Part shown: positions 45,333 to 57,200 of the stretch, piece after piece
How the letters are laid out: each line of letters starts with the position of its first letter
Numbering within the stretch: the stretch's first letter is position 1
Assembly: GCA_009602735.1 (NCBI GenBank)
Contig: WELA01002119.1
Span: forward strand, 256,143-320,142
Direction of reading: 5' to 3'
Source: Mesotaenium endlicherianum
Taxonomy: Eukaryota
Length of the DNA stretch: 64,000 nt
Notes under the pieces: model-generated
The model's database searches: none
The model's input: the letters and a program-made list of their open reading frames with translations, nothing else
What the model was told of the DNA's origin: nothing
Translations under genes and position numbers: made by a program

Positions 45333-47028
45333 TGAAATGAATCTTGCTTATTCAAGATTAGTGTGGCTCATTTAAATATATAGAATCAGAGATAAGTGGA
45401 AGCGTGTAAAATTAGGGAGCGATCTTTGCCCTCATATGAATTCCGTTTACCCATCTATACCCCTTGACTCACTTATAATAGTGTGCCATAGTTGCACACT
45501 AACACAAGGCACAAGAAAGAGGCGAGCTTGAGGATTAGAGCTTCTCCTTTAGAAACTCATGGCCTCTTGCCTACCAGACATACAAGCATGTATAAGCACA
45601 TACAAAACATCAGGGGAGTGAATAGGAAAGGCGCTCTCCTTCTCTTGACCATAAAGTAGCTAACACACACCCCACTGACTTAGGTGCAAACCATGGAATC
45701 TGTCCGCTATGTGATCCCGAAATGTCAGAGGGCATAACTTTGTCAATACTTCTCCAAATTGAACAAGCTTAACGGCAACGGATGCATTTTGACGAAACTT
45801 TTTCGAAAACTTCTAGTTTGCTCCATTTAGAGCACAGACAAAGACGCCATGTCAATTTTCATGAAAGTTGGTCATAATAATGAACCCAAAAATACACACA
45901 TGACTTGCAAGTAGAAAATCCGACCGTAAAGCCTATTACCCAGAATGAGGGACCACAAAATCTCAGCCTGCAATGTATCTAGTCACCACCTGGTTGACCA
46001 CGGCGTGAGAAACCCGTTAAGTTGGGATGCACGGATCTAGGTATAACGACCATATTAATTGGTCGGTTGACTGAAGTATTAACTGTTCAGTTAACTGACG
46101 ACGGCTCCACCTACCCAGAAGTTAACCACACTGGTGGGACATCGGTTTACCGAATCTCAATCGACCTCCCGGCTTTTAGTATACTACGGTCACATGTACC
46201 AGTCTACAAATAATTATCTATATGAATATATCTATTCTCAGTATACTGAGTCCAAGTATACTAACTATTACTATACGAGCTTACTATATATCAACCTACT
46301 TGTAGTGAAACAGATAGATAAAGTACTTAGTAAAACAGAATACTTTATCTATTCAAGACAAGGATCTTTGAACACAAGTGGTAGCTTCTTGAAAGAGAGA
46401 TGGCTTCTTGAAAGTTAATATATTTCTGGATTTTGGCAAGTACAAGAGTGATCTCGAATGTGTTTCTATGTTCTAGCTCTTGTGTATATACTTGCTACAT
46501 AAGTAATTTCTAGGAAGGTGTATGTTGATGTGTTGGCACCCAACACATCCCAAAACTTGCCACCTCTTTCTAGAATAATGTACACATGTCCTTTTGACCT
46601 AAAAATGGCACATCTGACTTTTGCCACATGGAGTTCTTCTAGGTCTTTCCTCTAACTTCGAAAATGCCTTGGAAGGTTCAAAGGACATGAACCAAGTTAC
46701 TAGAGTACCTATTCACACTTGACTCCACACAATACTACTCCAAATATATTTGAAAACATTAAAATATATGCGAACTAATATATAATAACTCAAATCACTA
46801 CACTACTGATATTATGTCCTATATATAACTGGTACATAAATCTCAGCCAACTATACTATGATACAAAAGTCATCCTGCTGATCTTTTTGACAAAGTAAGT
46901 AAACTCGCATTACATCGACATACAATCATTTAGATGAACTCGCACATGTGAGTATGTTAACATAATACTTATTTAGGGTTGTATTTATACATGCAAGTAA
47001 TTAATAAATAACGAGCTGATTCATTACA
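45333..47028 (-). mobile_element. Solo LTR (family B) inserted in reverse into the Gypsy 5' LTR
   Basis: Termini TGAAATGAATC..GATTCATTACA; 5-bp TSD GTATT at 45328-45332 and 47029-47033; host LTR resumes afterwards. Confidence 0.9.
46301..46802. mobile_element. ~500-bp solo LTR (family C), copy 1
   Basis: TGTAGTGA..TCACTACA ends; TSD CTACT at 46296-46300 and 46803-46807. Confidence 0.9.
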
Positions 47029-50000
47029 GTATTGCTCTCGAGTTCGGCATGTGAAAACGAGGCCAACTCTCTTGTACAACTTATTGGAAGATATCTGAAT
47101 CCAAGGCGAGAAGCCATTGATGCGAGCTGTCTTCTAACCTTGCTTATGTATGAGTTTCACTGATTGCACGATTGATTCTCATTTACTTGCATTTGACTTA
47201 TGAGTATTGCTTACTGCTAATGTATTGTCGTTTGCTGTTAAATAAGTTAACGGAACATTCATACAGATTACTTGTTGATGTAAAGATCTTTTATTAATTG
47301 TTAATGGTCTATTGGTAAGTCGATGCATTTCACTGGAATCGAGCTGGTTATCACAGTCGTCTTGTAAGGTAAGGACTAGGTCTCAAGCTAGCAACTCTCG
47401 TGAAATGGAAGGGGAGGACAATGATAACATTGAGGAAGGGCAAGACAAAAGCCGCGTCTTTGGACCCCGTACCTACTTAGATTGCTGCATGATGCAGTAG
47501 CCAAAGAGCTGCAGAGGAGGCAACAGCTCTTGCTGCGGTATCAGCTCAACTTGCTGACCATGAGAGTTTAGCCACGGAGGTAGAAGAGGCAGAAAACAGG
47601 AGGGCCCCAGACGGAAGGACGGTGGAAGAGCAGATGGCAGAGAAGGCCAATCTCCGAAACCAACCTCCTGCTGTGTCTACTGTTATACCTCTTCCTCATA
47701 TTTGCAGACAACTAAGTCCAACAAGCATAGCCAGTGCGGCAGCAATCGGGAAAGCCAAAGTTGTTACTAATTGAGCTAATATTGCTGCTGCTGCGTTTGC
47801 GGGGCTACTGTCTCAGAATGTAGATCTGGGGGCATTGTTTGTGCAAATGCAATCGCAAATGGCGAGCATGTATCGGTCCCAACAGGAGGACAGAAGAATC
47901 ATGATGGCATTGCTGCGTGACAGAGACCAACTGGGTTCTCAAACCACTGGTAGTGGTGGCAGAGGGTGGAGTAAGCCTAAGCCAAAACATCCTCAGGAAA
48001 CAAACAATACTACCTGATCGAGTTTCTCGCTGATGTTGAGCAGTGGTTGGAGAACTACCCAGAATTGCAGGACTACGAGGAAGTCAGGCACACCGGTGCT
48101 CTACTGAAAGGCAGTGCAGCAAACTGGTCGCTGTATTGGAAAGGAGAACGTAAGGCTCAACAACTCGGTGGCCCTACTTGGGTAGAGTTTGTCGAGAAAC
48201 TGCATGAGAAGTTTGATGTCATCAATCAGTAGGAGAAAGCTATCTATGCGATGATCTCCTTCACACTAAAGCAGACCACTTCAGTTGCTGAGTTTGCTCA
48301 AAAGTTCCAGGAGAACATGATGAAGCAGCCGAATCTGCCAGAGCAGTATAGGATAGCATACTTCAGGTATGGTGTGAAATCCGAAGTCTCAGGTTATTAT
48401 GTTGAATAGGAGTATGAAAAACTTGCTGACGTGATCTAGGACGCTGATGCCTGGGATCAGCAGCGTTCAATCACAAGCGCCAGAGCAATGCTTTGATGTC
48501 TAAGATTGTCAAAAAGCCACACGGTTCCTACAATGCTATTGAAGGAGACCAGGCTGAGGACGATCAGGGTGTTTAGTATGAGTATGAGTATAATGCGATG
48601 CATTCTAGAGAGAGAGGTGGTTACTCTCAAAGTGGCTATGAAAGAGGTGGTGGTGGGACTAAGCCGAGACCAGCCTCAGCAAAATTTGTTTGCTTCCATT
48701 GCCAGGAGTTGGGCCACTACAGAGTGCAGCGTTCTAAAAAGCACCTTCCAAAGGTCGAGAGAAAGGATCAACCTTTCAAAAATAGCAACAGTCAGTATTA
48801 CTGACTGTGAGGATGCTAGAGATAGTGAGTCGTCACTAGCTGCCCGTGTAGCAAGTATTATGGGGCCTTCTAAACTGGATTCACTATGCATGCCTGACAA
48901 ACAGATAAAGGAGATCATCAGCAATATAGATTTCCAGAGAGTGCAGAAATTGTTGCTCAGTTTACTGATGTTTTTAATATGCCTCAGGGACTGCCTCCTA
49001 AGAGAGAAGTAGATCATGAGATTGATTTATGACCTGGAAGTTAGCCATTTTGGCAGCACACATATGGCTTGTCTTATGTGGAGAGTGAAGAGTTAGTAAC
49101 ACAGATTGCAGAGCTGGAGGAAAATAGTCATATTTCTCCCATTAAATCACCTTATGGCGCATCCATCTTATTTGTTACGAAGAAGGATGGCAGTATGCAA
49201 ATGTGTGTGGATTCCAGAGATCTTAACAGAATTACAGTAAAGAACAAGTATGCTTTACCCAGAATCGAGGACTTGCTTGATACCTTGTCTAAAGCTAAAG
49301 TGTTCAGCATGATTGATATCAAGAGTAGTTATCATCAAATCAGATTTGTAGAGGTAGATGAACAGAAGATTGCCTCTAGCACAGGTTATGGACACTATGA
49401 GTTTAATGTGGTGCCATTGGGATTGACTAATGCTCCTTCATGGGTGCTATGAATGACATTTTCGGGCCTTACTTGGATAAGTTTGTGCAAGTATTCTTGG
49501 ATGATATTTTAATTTTCTCTAAACTGAAGCTCAGCATGCTGAGCACTTGAGAATAGTAGTGGACACTTTAAGAAAGAATCAGGTAGATGCTAAAATGAAC
49601 AAGTGTGATTGCTTCAAGGAGAGTATTGAATTCTTAGGACACGTTGTCAGTAAGGAGAGCATCAGTGTGGATCCTATAAAAGTCCAGATCATAAGGAACT
49701 GGCCAGCACCACACTCTGTCTCGGAAGTTATATCCTTCCTCGGATTGGCTAACTACTATAGGAGATTTATTGAGAAGTATTCCACAAAAGCCAGCAAACT
49801 GACTGACCTTACTAAGAAGGACATAGAGTATGTGTAGGGTAAAGAGCAGTAAGCCGCCTTCCAGACCCTTTCAGTGGAGTTTGTACTTACATGGTAAAGC
49901 TTTTGAAGTGATTACAGATCATCTAGCTCTGACTCATTTTCAGAAGAAGTCCACGCTGTCGAGGAGGGAGAACCGCTGGAGCCAGATGCTGGAGCAGTTC

Positions 50001-50049
50001 CAAGTCCAGATTGACTAGAAACCAGAGAAGTTGAATCTTGCTGATGCAC

Positions 50050-50550
50050 TGTAGTGATTTGAGTTATTATATATTAGATTGCATATACCTTAATGTTTTC
50101 AAATATATTTGGAGTAGTATTGTGTGGATTCAAGTTTGAATAGGTACTCCAGTGACTTGGTTCATGTCCTTTGAACCTTCTAAGGCATTTTCAAAGTTTG
50201 AGAAAAGACCTAGAAGAACTCCACGTGGCAAAAGTCAAATGTGCCATTTTAGGTCAAAAGGACATGTGTACATTATTCTAGAAAGAGGTGGCAAGTTTTG
50301 GGATGTGTTGAGTGCCAACACATCAACATACACCTTCCTAGAAATTACTTATGTAGCAAGTATATAAACAAGAGCTAGAACATAGAAAGACATTCCAGAA
50401 TCACTCTTGTACTTGCCAAAATCCAGAATATATTAACTTTCAAGAAGCCATCTCTCTTTCAAGAAGCTACCACTTGTGTTCAAAGATCCTTGTCTTGAAT
50501 AGATAAAGTATTATATTTCATCAAGTACTTTATCTATCTCTTTCACTGCA
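50050..50550. mobile_element. ~500-bp solo LTR (family C), copy 2, opposite orientation
   Basis: Reverse-complement match to 46301-46802; TSD TGCAC at 50045-50049 and 50551-50555; interrupts the Gypsy RNase H ADALS codons. Confidence 0.9.
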
Positions 50551-50561
50551 TGCACTCTCTA

Positions 50562-51753
50562 AATAATGTATTTGATGGTCTGTAGTAGGCGTGATATTGC
50601 TATTGTTGTGGGAGTATTGAGCCGATTCATGGAGAATTCAGGTCTTGCTCACTGGGAGGCGATGAAGATGATCCTGAGATATCTGAGGGGCACTCCTAAT
50701 TTGTGATTGCATTTGGGAGGAGCAGACAGTGTGACCTTGGAAAGTTGCAGTGGTTCTGGCTAGAGAGGTGATATAGACACCAAGAGGTCTATTACAGAGT
50801 ATGCATTCTCTCTTGCCAAGGGTGTTGTGACTTGGAAGAGTAAGAGGCAGAAGTTGGTGGCAATGTCCTTCATGGAGATTGAGTATATGGTCGCTTCACA
50901 GGCAGTCAGGGAGGCTTTGTGGTTGAGGAGACTATTGGAGGACCTTGGCTATAAGCAGAAGAGACCCACGATGATCCTGAGTGACAGTCACTGTTGCATT
51001 ACATTGGGTAAGAGCCCAGTTGAGCATGCTTGAAGTAAGTACATTGAAAATCAGTGTCATAAGTGCAGGGAGCGTGTGTTGGATGGTATTGTAGAGTTAA
51101 GATATGTAAGGCCTGATAAGATGGTGACTGATTCCCTTGACAAAGGCAGTCCCAAGAGTGAAGCACCAATGGTGTGCAGAGATATTTAATTTGTGAAAGT
51201 GTGCATTTAAATATAGTAAAAAGTGAGAGGGAGGGATGTAAGTAGGCAATCCTGACTCTTTCTGTTTTATGCCGGTTTGGTGTGCTTGCATGTGTGCGAA
51301 TTGATGCACTGAGTAGACGTGTAAATAGTGAATGTGGGTGGACTGTTGATGCAAATACCCCAGGGTTTAGTCGACGTTGTAACATGTGTGGGGTGCTGCA
51401 GATTAGGTGTGACTAGGACTGTTGATGAGTTTGAGGTAGGTGAGTAGCCGCCAAGTGAATATAGGCTTTGTGAGCAAAGTTGTATGGTGAACTCTTGAGA
51501 GTAAGAAGAGAAGAGTTTCGCGGAGCTGTGTGTGTGCAAGATCCGTGCTAAGTGCTTGATCTGCTTAGATGTGTGTGGCCTTGTCCAGGTGACTATAGGA
51601 AGGTCTGTGTGGCCTGGTCTATGTGACTGAAAGAAGCGTCTTTGTGACTATTAAGTCTGTGTGACTTGAAGATGAGAAAAGAAGTGGTATAAGTGTCCAG
51701 CTGAGTCTGTGTGACCAAGTGCGGCAAGAGAAGATGAACGAACAGGATTTACA
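50562..51753 (+). mobile_element. Ty1/Copia remnant: RT C-terminus, RNase H, PPT, 3' LTR
   Basis: MYLMVCSRRDIAIVVGVLSRFM..HWEAMKMILRYLRGT..VTWKSKRQKLVAMSFMEIEYMVASQAVREALWLRRLL; purine tract GAGAGGGAGGGA then TGTAAG at 51237..TTTACA at 51753. Confidence 0.85.
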
Positions 51754-51909
51754 ACACATTGAAGGTCTCATGTCATCCCTTTCACATCCACTAACCATCT
51801 TGCATACATATATTTCGCTCCCCACATTCACTCCACCTCCCCCTCCCTCTCTTTCACAAAGTAGGAGCTGCTTCGCCTGCCAAACCATTGTTGGCTCATT
51901 TACCTCCAG

Positions 51910-52370
51910 GTTGTGCCCTCGTTGAAGCTTGTTTAGCATCCGCGCCTTGTAGTAGCGGCGACTAGAGCCACTCGTCGGCATACGCTTCTGAAGCCGACAC
52001 CAGCGGTGCCTGGCAGGTAATGTTATGGTGCCTGCTTTGTATCTCTGAATGTGTATATTCAAACTGTACGTGTATGTGCTCATGTTCATAGAGTCCTGGA
52101 GCTGGAGGATGTTTAGAGCTCACCAACCTCCACGATTTGTTTTTGTCTTTGAGTGACTGTTCAATGGCGAGGAGCGAACGCACGCAATAGGCCATGCCGC
52201 GACAAAGCGCTGTTCCGCGTCCCCATGGGCAGCCTGGACACCGAAATCAAGGGAACAATGTACCACCCAGAGGTTTACGAGGACGAGGTGAGCCATATGC
52301 TGCTGGTTCCACATTCCAGTATGAGCTTGAGACGGACACTGCACTTGCCCATCGTGAGCTTCATGCAAAT

Positions 52371-52463
<93 letters not shown>

Positions 52464-52683
52464 NTCTCACATACGCAGAATGTATTTGCAGTAAGAGCCC
52501 CGCTCCACGCAATCGATTTGAATGCCATCCACATTTGCAGGGAGTTTGATCAAGTGATAGGGTATTTGCACAAATTTTTGCTTTGGTTGAGGTTATTTCA
52601 CCAATGATCGGTGATGCCATCATCTGCATCAACTTCGATTGAAAAAATTTAATGAAGAGCTCAAGCGAAAAGTGCCCAAGCAG
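51910..52683 (+). pseudogene. Decayed intron-containing gene fragment, weakly BAH-domain-like
   Basis: Splice-bounded segments 52092-52287 and 52479-52683 with stops/frameshift; FVFE*LFNGEERTH..DKALFRV..YEDE/NVFAV loosely resembles BAH. Confidence 0.3.
52372..52464. repeat. Poly-C tract (~93 nt)
   Basis: Homopolymer ending at an N; length unreliable. Confidence 0.85.
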
Positions 52684-53274
52684 GTGAGTTCATGTTGGAC
52701 ACGTCCTCTTTCGCTTCTTGTGCACGTGTTCACCACGCATGCAGACACATATCAAGCATATGCTACCATGGAGAGTTTTTGCCCGGCCGACTCTCCCCTT
52801 TAGGTGGGCTTCGTTCTCGTCTTATTCTTGCACCTTTACGTGAATTCCATACTCCAAATGAGAGATCTTTCAATATGTACGTGTGTGTTTTGCAGAAAAC
52901 TGACAATGACTCCAAGGGGAATTTGTCTGAAGCGTCAGAGGAAGTCACCCCACAGCGTGCAGCTTGACTCCATGCTACCCGTCCACTGCCGGTGGTGGAG
53001 GAGAAACCTCGTGCCGCTCCACCGCGTCCTCCTGTGCTTCTGTCGTTGTCTGCCACCAACGCTCGACCCTTGCCTGCAACATTGCCTTTGGTTTGCAGCA
53101 TAAGCCGACATGCTTTTCATTCCTTGCTCTATATGGAGGGAAAGGAGAACAAGCGTTCTACAAGGGTAGAATTAGTGCGCCTTCTCCCGAGCTCATTGCA
53201 AAGCACATGCAGCCTCGCCAACTGAATGCGGATAAGCCTTCTCTTGCCAAGAGGGTTAGGTTGGTGTAGGTAGC

Positions 53275-53648
53275 TGAAATGAATTGACTTGCCAACATGC
53301 GATTAACAATTAATAAAATATCTTCACAAGAACAAGTAATCTTCTTGGTACTTTCTGGTTACTTGGTAAACAGCAAAAGGCTTCACAACTAGTATTATTA
53401 CACTCACGCGTCAAATCCAAGTAAACGAGCATCAATCATGCAACGAGTAAAGTCATACATAAGCAAGGCTAGAGGACAGTGCATATTAATGGCTTGTTGT
53501 CTTGGATTCAGATCTCTCTCAGTAAGCGGTACAAGAGAGTTGGCCTCGTTTTCGAATGCCAAACTCAAGAGCATGACCTAATCTATGTATATGGAATGAA
53601 TTTACTATTCAAAGACAAGTGCGATGGCACCGCCTACCCGAGAATTAA
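53275..53648 (-). mobile_element. Truncated family-A Gypsy LTR, reverse orientation
   Basis: Starts TGAAATGAAT; reverse-complement similarity to ~62385-62759. Confidence 0.85.
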
Positions 53649-54273
53649 TGTAATGAATCAATTCATTATTCATTCAATTAATTGCATATATAAATATAAG
53701 ACTAAATAAGTAATATGTCAATATACTCACACGTGCGAGTTCGTCTAAATGAATGTTTGTCGATAGAATACGAATATACCGACTTTGTCGAAAAGGTCAG
53801 CAGGATTACTTTTCTATTATATTGTAGTTTGCTGACTTTGTCAAAAAGGTCAGCAGGATGACATTTTTACCAGAGTATAGTTTGCTGAGAATGCCTGTAC
53901 ACATGTAGGACATAATATCGGTACGTTGATATGGAGTAAGCTCGTACGATAATAGTCAGTATACTTGGACTCAGTACGCTGAGGATAGATATCTTCATTC
54001 AGATAATTATCTATAGATTGGCACATGTGACCAAAGTATGCTTAAAGTCGGGAGGTCGACTGAGATTCGGTAAATGGATGTCCTACCAGTGTGGTTGACT
54101 CCTGGGTGGGCAGAGCCGTCGTCAGTCAACTGAACAGTTAGGACTTCAGTCAACCGACCAATTAATATGGTCACTGAGTATATAGCAAGCTGGGATCTTG
54201 TGGTCCCTCATTCTGGACAGTAGGCTATGCAGTCGGATTTCTACTTGCAAGTCATGTGTGCACTTTTGGGTTC
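53649..54273 (+). mobile_element. Family-B LTR fragment
   Basis: Starts TGTAATGAATC; colinear with the reverse complement of 45880-47028, lacking the family-C insert. Confidence 0.85.
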
Positions 54274-57200
54274 GTGTCGTGCGATAGGAGGTCGGGTGCG
54301 TACTATCGACACAAGCAATGCATAATAAGCAAGTAGGCTTTGATGCAATGAAGTCTATAATACGTGTGGCTTTATAGCCAAAAAGACAGTCAAGCGTCAA
54401 ATGAGATCGAAGTCGGAGTCTTCTCCACTAACCCCTTTGTAGTAAGGCTGGTAAGAAAGCCCACTACGGGTAGGCATATGCTGAAGATTCTAATTGCTTG
54501 CAGGTAAAGAGAGATCTTTTTAGAAGTAAGGGAGTGTGTACTCTCCAGAGTGAGCACCTCAAGACTGTAATCTCGTAGGAAAACAACTAATGAAGTCTGG
54601 CCCAAAAGATCACTGGAAGCACATGAGGATCTTCAAGAGTAGTCCTATGGCAAGGTTTAAGCTGAGACTATGCTCACCACTTGTGAAGTTTTTCAAGTGA
54701 TTGGAAGTTAGGAGGGCTTGCTCTTCACAAGAGAGAGACTAAGTGGTCCTGAAAACACAAGAGATAAAAGTGTAAGCTTTACTGATAATCTCTGTGACTT
54801 ACAACTGGCATAATGGGACTTCTAAAGAGATGTTCCTCTAGGGACATCTCTAGCACTTATACTCCTGAAAACCCGGCGTCGTATGCGGCGGATTCAATGT
54901 ATGTAGTCACTCTAGGAGGCTCTCCTATGTCCACTAATGTGTACAAGGCATGTACTAGCAGTCCTATAGGCTAAGCATAAGTCAAACCAATCAAAGCAAA
55001 GCACGTAAAATATGCTATGTGTCTTTCATTGGTGGAGCTTACCTTGGGTGATTCTACTTAGATAGCGCCTCAAAAGTGAATCTGAAACTTTAGGAAGCTT
55101 CCTATAGGACTCAGTGATGCAGTCACCAAGTTATAGCCTCAATGATGCACTTGTACTATGGAAATGCAGGACTCATATAGGCTAAGGGGCTCGCGGATTT
55201 GTGCGCAGTAAGCTGAAGGTCCTTGGGGTCACGAATGGTCAACAATGTCACCTTTGGGCACATCAAGTCACAAGTTGGCCATTTGGTGGGGTCGAAAGGG
55301 GTGCGGACTAGATCGTGCCTATCGCGCTCGATATTTGACCAAACAATGCGAAACCGGTGCCATTCGAAAGACGCTTCGACACGCTACACTTTGGTAAGTT
55401 GGAAATCTAGAAAAGGTCAACATATGGATGCGTATACTAACTTAGACGCGCTAGGCTAATCCGAAACTTCTAGGTAATCGACCTAGTCGGCACTCCGCGT
55501 CAGCCGAAATTACGTGAAGGTTCGAATTCACTCTAACGACCCAGATCGCTCGACGCTGTCAGTCAATTCGACGGTCGCGCTCAAAGCGAATTAAGGACAC
55601 TCGTCAATCGACCTCAAAACTAATTAAACTTTGGAAATCCATAACTAGCCTCAGCAAAATCAGTTTGCTTCCATTCCCAGGAGTTGGGCCACTACACAGT
55701 GCAGTGTTCTAGAAAGCACCTTCTAAAGGTCAAGAGAAAGGATCAGTCTTTCAAAAACAGCAACAATCAGTATTCCAGTTAAGTGACTGTGAGGATGCTA
55801 GAGATAGTGAGTCGTCACTAGCTGCCCTTGTAGCAGGTATTATGGGGCCTGCTGAATTGGATTCACTATGCATGCCTGACAAACAGATAAAGGAGACCAT
55901 CAGCAATATAGATCTCTAGAGAGTGCACACACTGGATGATCTTGTTCCACCTGATGTCCAACATTTCTTTGCTAAGTCAAGAGAACAATGCGAAAGTCAA
56001 GAAAAGACAGTCCCCCCTATCCTACTGCATTGTATGATTGCAGGTTGGAAGGTGAGGGCATTTGTTGACGGATGGGCGTCACATACTTTCATCCATAAGG
56101 ACCTAGTTACGGGGCTAAGACTGCCCATTGTCATCAAAGGGAATAGAAAAACAATCCTTGGAGATGCCTCAAGTATCCCAGGAGGAGTTATAACCAAGCC
56201 TATTTTAGGTCTAGTGATGTTCTGGCATTGCAGTTCTAATTGGAACGCTTATATTTGAGGTACTCAACAGTGGCTTTTATGGTCTCGTGCTAGGCAAGTT
56301 CTGGCTTAACAGACATCGAGCTGAAGTGTGTTGGAGCAGAGGTACAGTTAAAGAGAGAGGAGCCAGTGATGGGCAGACTAACTTGGCACCCACCATTGCT
56401 CTTCCTCTTGTCCTGCATGAATGGCAAATGAAGGAAAAGAAGAGACTTCCAGAAGGATGCAAACTGCTAAATGCAATGGAGTTCATCAAAAGCTGGAACC
56501 AGAAGAAAGACAGAATGTTCTATCTGCTGCTAACAGAGGTACCTCCTCAACGTGAAGAAGTGGTAAAGAAAAAGGTGAGCCCATCGGAGCATTCTACTGA
56601 TGCAGAATTTGTTGCTTAATATACTGATGATTTTAATATGCCTCAGCAAAATCCACTTGCTACCATTGTCAACAGAAAGGCCACTACAGAGAACAATGTC
56701 CAGAAAAGCACCTGCCCAAGGTCGAGAGAAAAGACCAGCCTTTAAAAGACAGCAACAGTCAGTAATCCAGTCTACTGACTGTGAGGATGCTAGAGATAGT
56801 CAGCTGTCACTAGCTGCCCTCGTAGCAGGTATTATGGGTCCTGCTGAACTGGATTCACTATGCATGCCTGACAACCAGATAAAGGAGACCATCAGCAATA
56901 TAGACGTCCAGAGAGTGCACACTCTGGATGCTCTTGTTCCACCTGATGTCCAACATTTCTTTGCTACGTCAGGAGAACAATGCGAAAGTCAGGAAAAGAC
57001 AGTCCCCTCTATCCTACTGCATTGCATGATTGCAGGTAGGAAGGTGAGGGCATTTGTTGACGGAGGGGCGTCACATACTTTTATCCACAAGGACTTAGTT
57101 AAGCGGCTAAGGCTGCCTACTGTCACCCAAGATAATAGAAATATATTCCATGGAAATGCCTCAAGTATCCCGGGAGGAGTTACAACCAAGCCTATTGAGC

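Larger units (their letters stand above)
44903..50560 (+). mobile_element. Old degenerate Ty3/Gypsy element (interrupted 5' LTR, gag, RT, part of RNase H)
   Basis: LTR TGTAATGAATC at 44903 ending CATTTCA at 47332, homologous to the 62039/62835 LTRs; decayed PBS; gag with CFHCQELGHY knuckle; RT SPYGA..KKDGS..FLDD with stops; protease deleted near 48944. Confidence 0.9.

Noticed and set aside
54274..55647. Probable additional retroelement LTR/UTR segment
   Set aside because: Starts with TG where family B homology stops, but no second copy, TSD or matching end is visible
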